Part shown: one piece after another, positions 56,968 to 57,767 of the stretch
Layout of the letters: the number at the start of each line of letters is the position of its first letter
Position numbering within the stretch: the first letter of the stretch is position 1
Notes under the pieces: model-generated
The model's input: the letters and a program-made list of their open reading frames with translations, nothing else
Database searches by the model: none
What the model was told of the DNA's origin: nothing
NCBI GenBank assembly: GCA_964012805.1
Contig: CAXGUD010000023.1
Coordinates: forward strand, 1 to 57,767
Reading direction: 5' to 3'
From: an uncultured Bacteriovoracaceae bacterium
Lineage (GTDB): Bacteria > Bdellovibrionota > Bacteriovoracia > Bacteriovoracales > Bacteriovoracaceae
DNA: 57,767 nucleotides
Program-made: the position numbers and the translations under genes

Positions 56968-57450
56968 TCAAAGGACATTAAAAAACCGCCAAAAAAAGCT
57001 ATTACCAAAATTCCAAAGTGGGGCAAACCAAGGTTTAACAAAAGAATGAAGCTTTAAACGTATACCGTCATCTTCCTTAAAAAACTCGAGTCTCGTCGGC
57101 CTAACAAGCCTAAAACTCAAAGCATAAGAGCCATAAAAGTAATTAAGATCACGATAATTTCCGGAAACCTGTCCAATAGAGCCATGGACGCTCAAAAATG
57201 GCCCGTGGTGAATATTTAATTCCCCTGCTTGAAAAGTACCGTTTTTCAAACCGGTTGCAAATTCAACTTTGTAGGGAAAAATTTGGGCATCGACAAAAGT
57301 TTCTCTGAAGTTGAGTTTTTCCCAAAATTGATTTAATTTTGACGGAGGAACTACAATTTTCTTTTCAAAAACATGGTTTTGAAAGTTTTCTGGCGATTCT
57401 GTTTGTTGATTCATACTTGAAGGATACAATATATACACATGAATTTTCAA
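56968..57450 (-). CDS. Hypothetical protein
   Basis: 160-aa ORF; true start may be the internal Met. Confidence 0.55.
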   Translation of the reverse strand: MKIHVYILYPSSMNQQTESPENFQNHVFEKKIVVPPSKLNQFWEKLNFRETFVDAQIFPYKVEFATGLKNGTFQAGELNIHHGPFLSVHGSIGQVSGNYRDLNYFYGSYALSFRLVRPTRLEFFKEDDGIRLKLHSFVKPWFAPLWNFGNSFFWRFFNVL

Positions 57451-57496
57451 ATAGACATTTCATGAACTTAGTCATTTAGACCAAATGGGAAATGCA

Positions 57497-57767
57497 ATGA
57501 TTGCTTTTAAACTATCACGAATAAAATTATTTTTAATTTATTTTTCCTTTACTTTTTTGGCTAACGCATCAAACGAAGGTTTTTCTTTTGAAGATGCCCA
57601 TTGTGTCGCCTGGAAAACCAAAAAGAAGGTTTTGATATTTAAATCATTGGAACCAGTTGGAATAAATTGCTCAATTAAGGCCAGGTTTAAGCGGAAAGAC
57701 ACAGGCTATTATATTGAAGTCAGTGTTCCGATTGAAAAGTTTGATAGTAATGAGCCGATGAGAGATA
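57497..57767 (+). CDS. Partial exported YceI-like protein (truncated by window end)
   Basis: Open frame MIAFKLSR..HCVAWKTKK..VSVPIEKFDSNEPMRD; FDSxxxxRD is YceI-like. Confidence 0.5.
   Translation, partial: MIAFKLSRIKLFLIYFSFTFLANASNEGFSFEDAHCVAWKTKKKVLIFKSLEPVGINCSIKARFKRKDTGYYIEVSVPIEKFDSNEPMRD

Noticed and set aside
1..57767. CRISPR arrays, tRNA/rRNA genes, IS transposases; apparent excess of GGCC
   Set aside because: No arrays, RNA genes or transposases recognised. The GGCC impression was not counted and may reflect Ala/Gly codon usage.

Overview
AT-rich bacterial chromosomal segment. The gene repertoire (orphan family-3 solute-binding proteins, a 7TM-DISM CheA-like kinase, Ig-repeat lipoprotein, secreted proteases) suggests a Bdellovibrionota/Bacteriovoracia-like organism; this is inference only. 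No rRNA, tRNA or CRISPR array was seen. Two loci stand out. (1) At 18996-29048, a decayed reverse transcriptase (nonsense codons, a frameshift, catalytic YxDD region deleted) converges on a 2913-aa SpvB/FG-GAP/RHS gene. Between them is a ~300-nt stop-free, G-poor segment whose codons mostly end in a pyrimidine. It aligns weakly but without gaps (offset 564 nt) to the RHS C-terminal tip, giving a DGR-like template/variable-repeat layout that does not follow the adenine-only rule. (2) At 11943-17025, a RiPP-like cluster has an HExxH modifier, a secreted precursor with a 12-Asn tract, a divergent ATP-grasp-like protein and SdpA/SdpB(HTTM)-like membrane proteins. Also present: an M48 protease with three AIM24 paralogues, adenine deaminase, SlyD, a rhomboid, an adenylate cyclase, a photorepair cluster (nei plus two photolyase/cryptochrome genes) and an FAD-oxidoreductase/LPG-synthase-like/methyltransferase operon. 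All family calls are by motif recognition, and all counts were done by hand.
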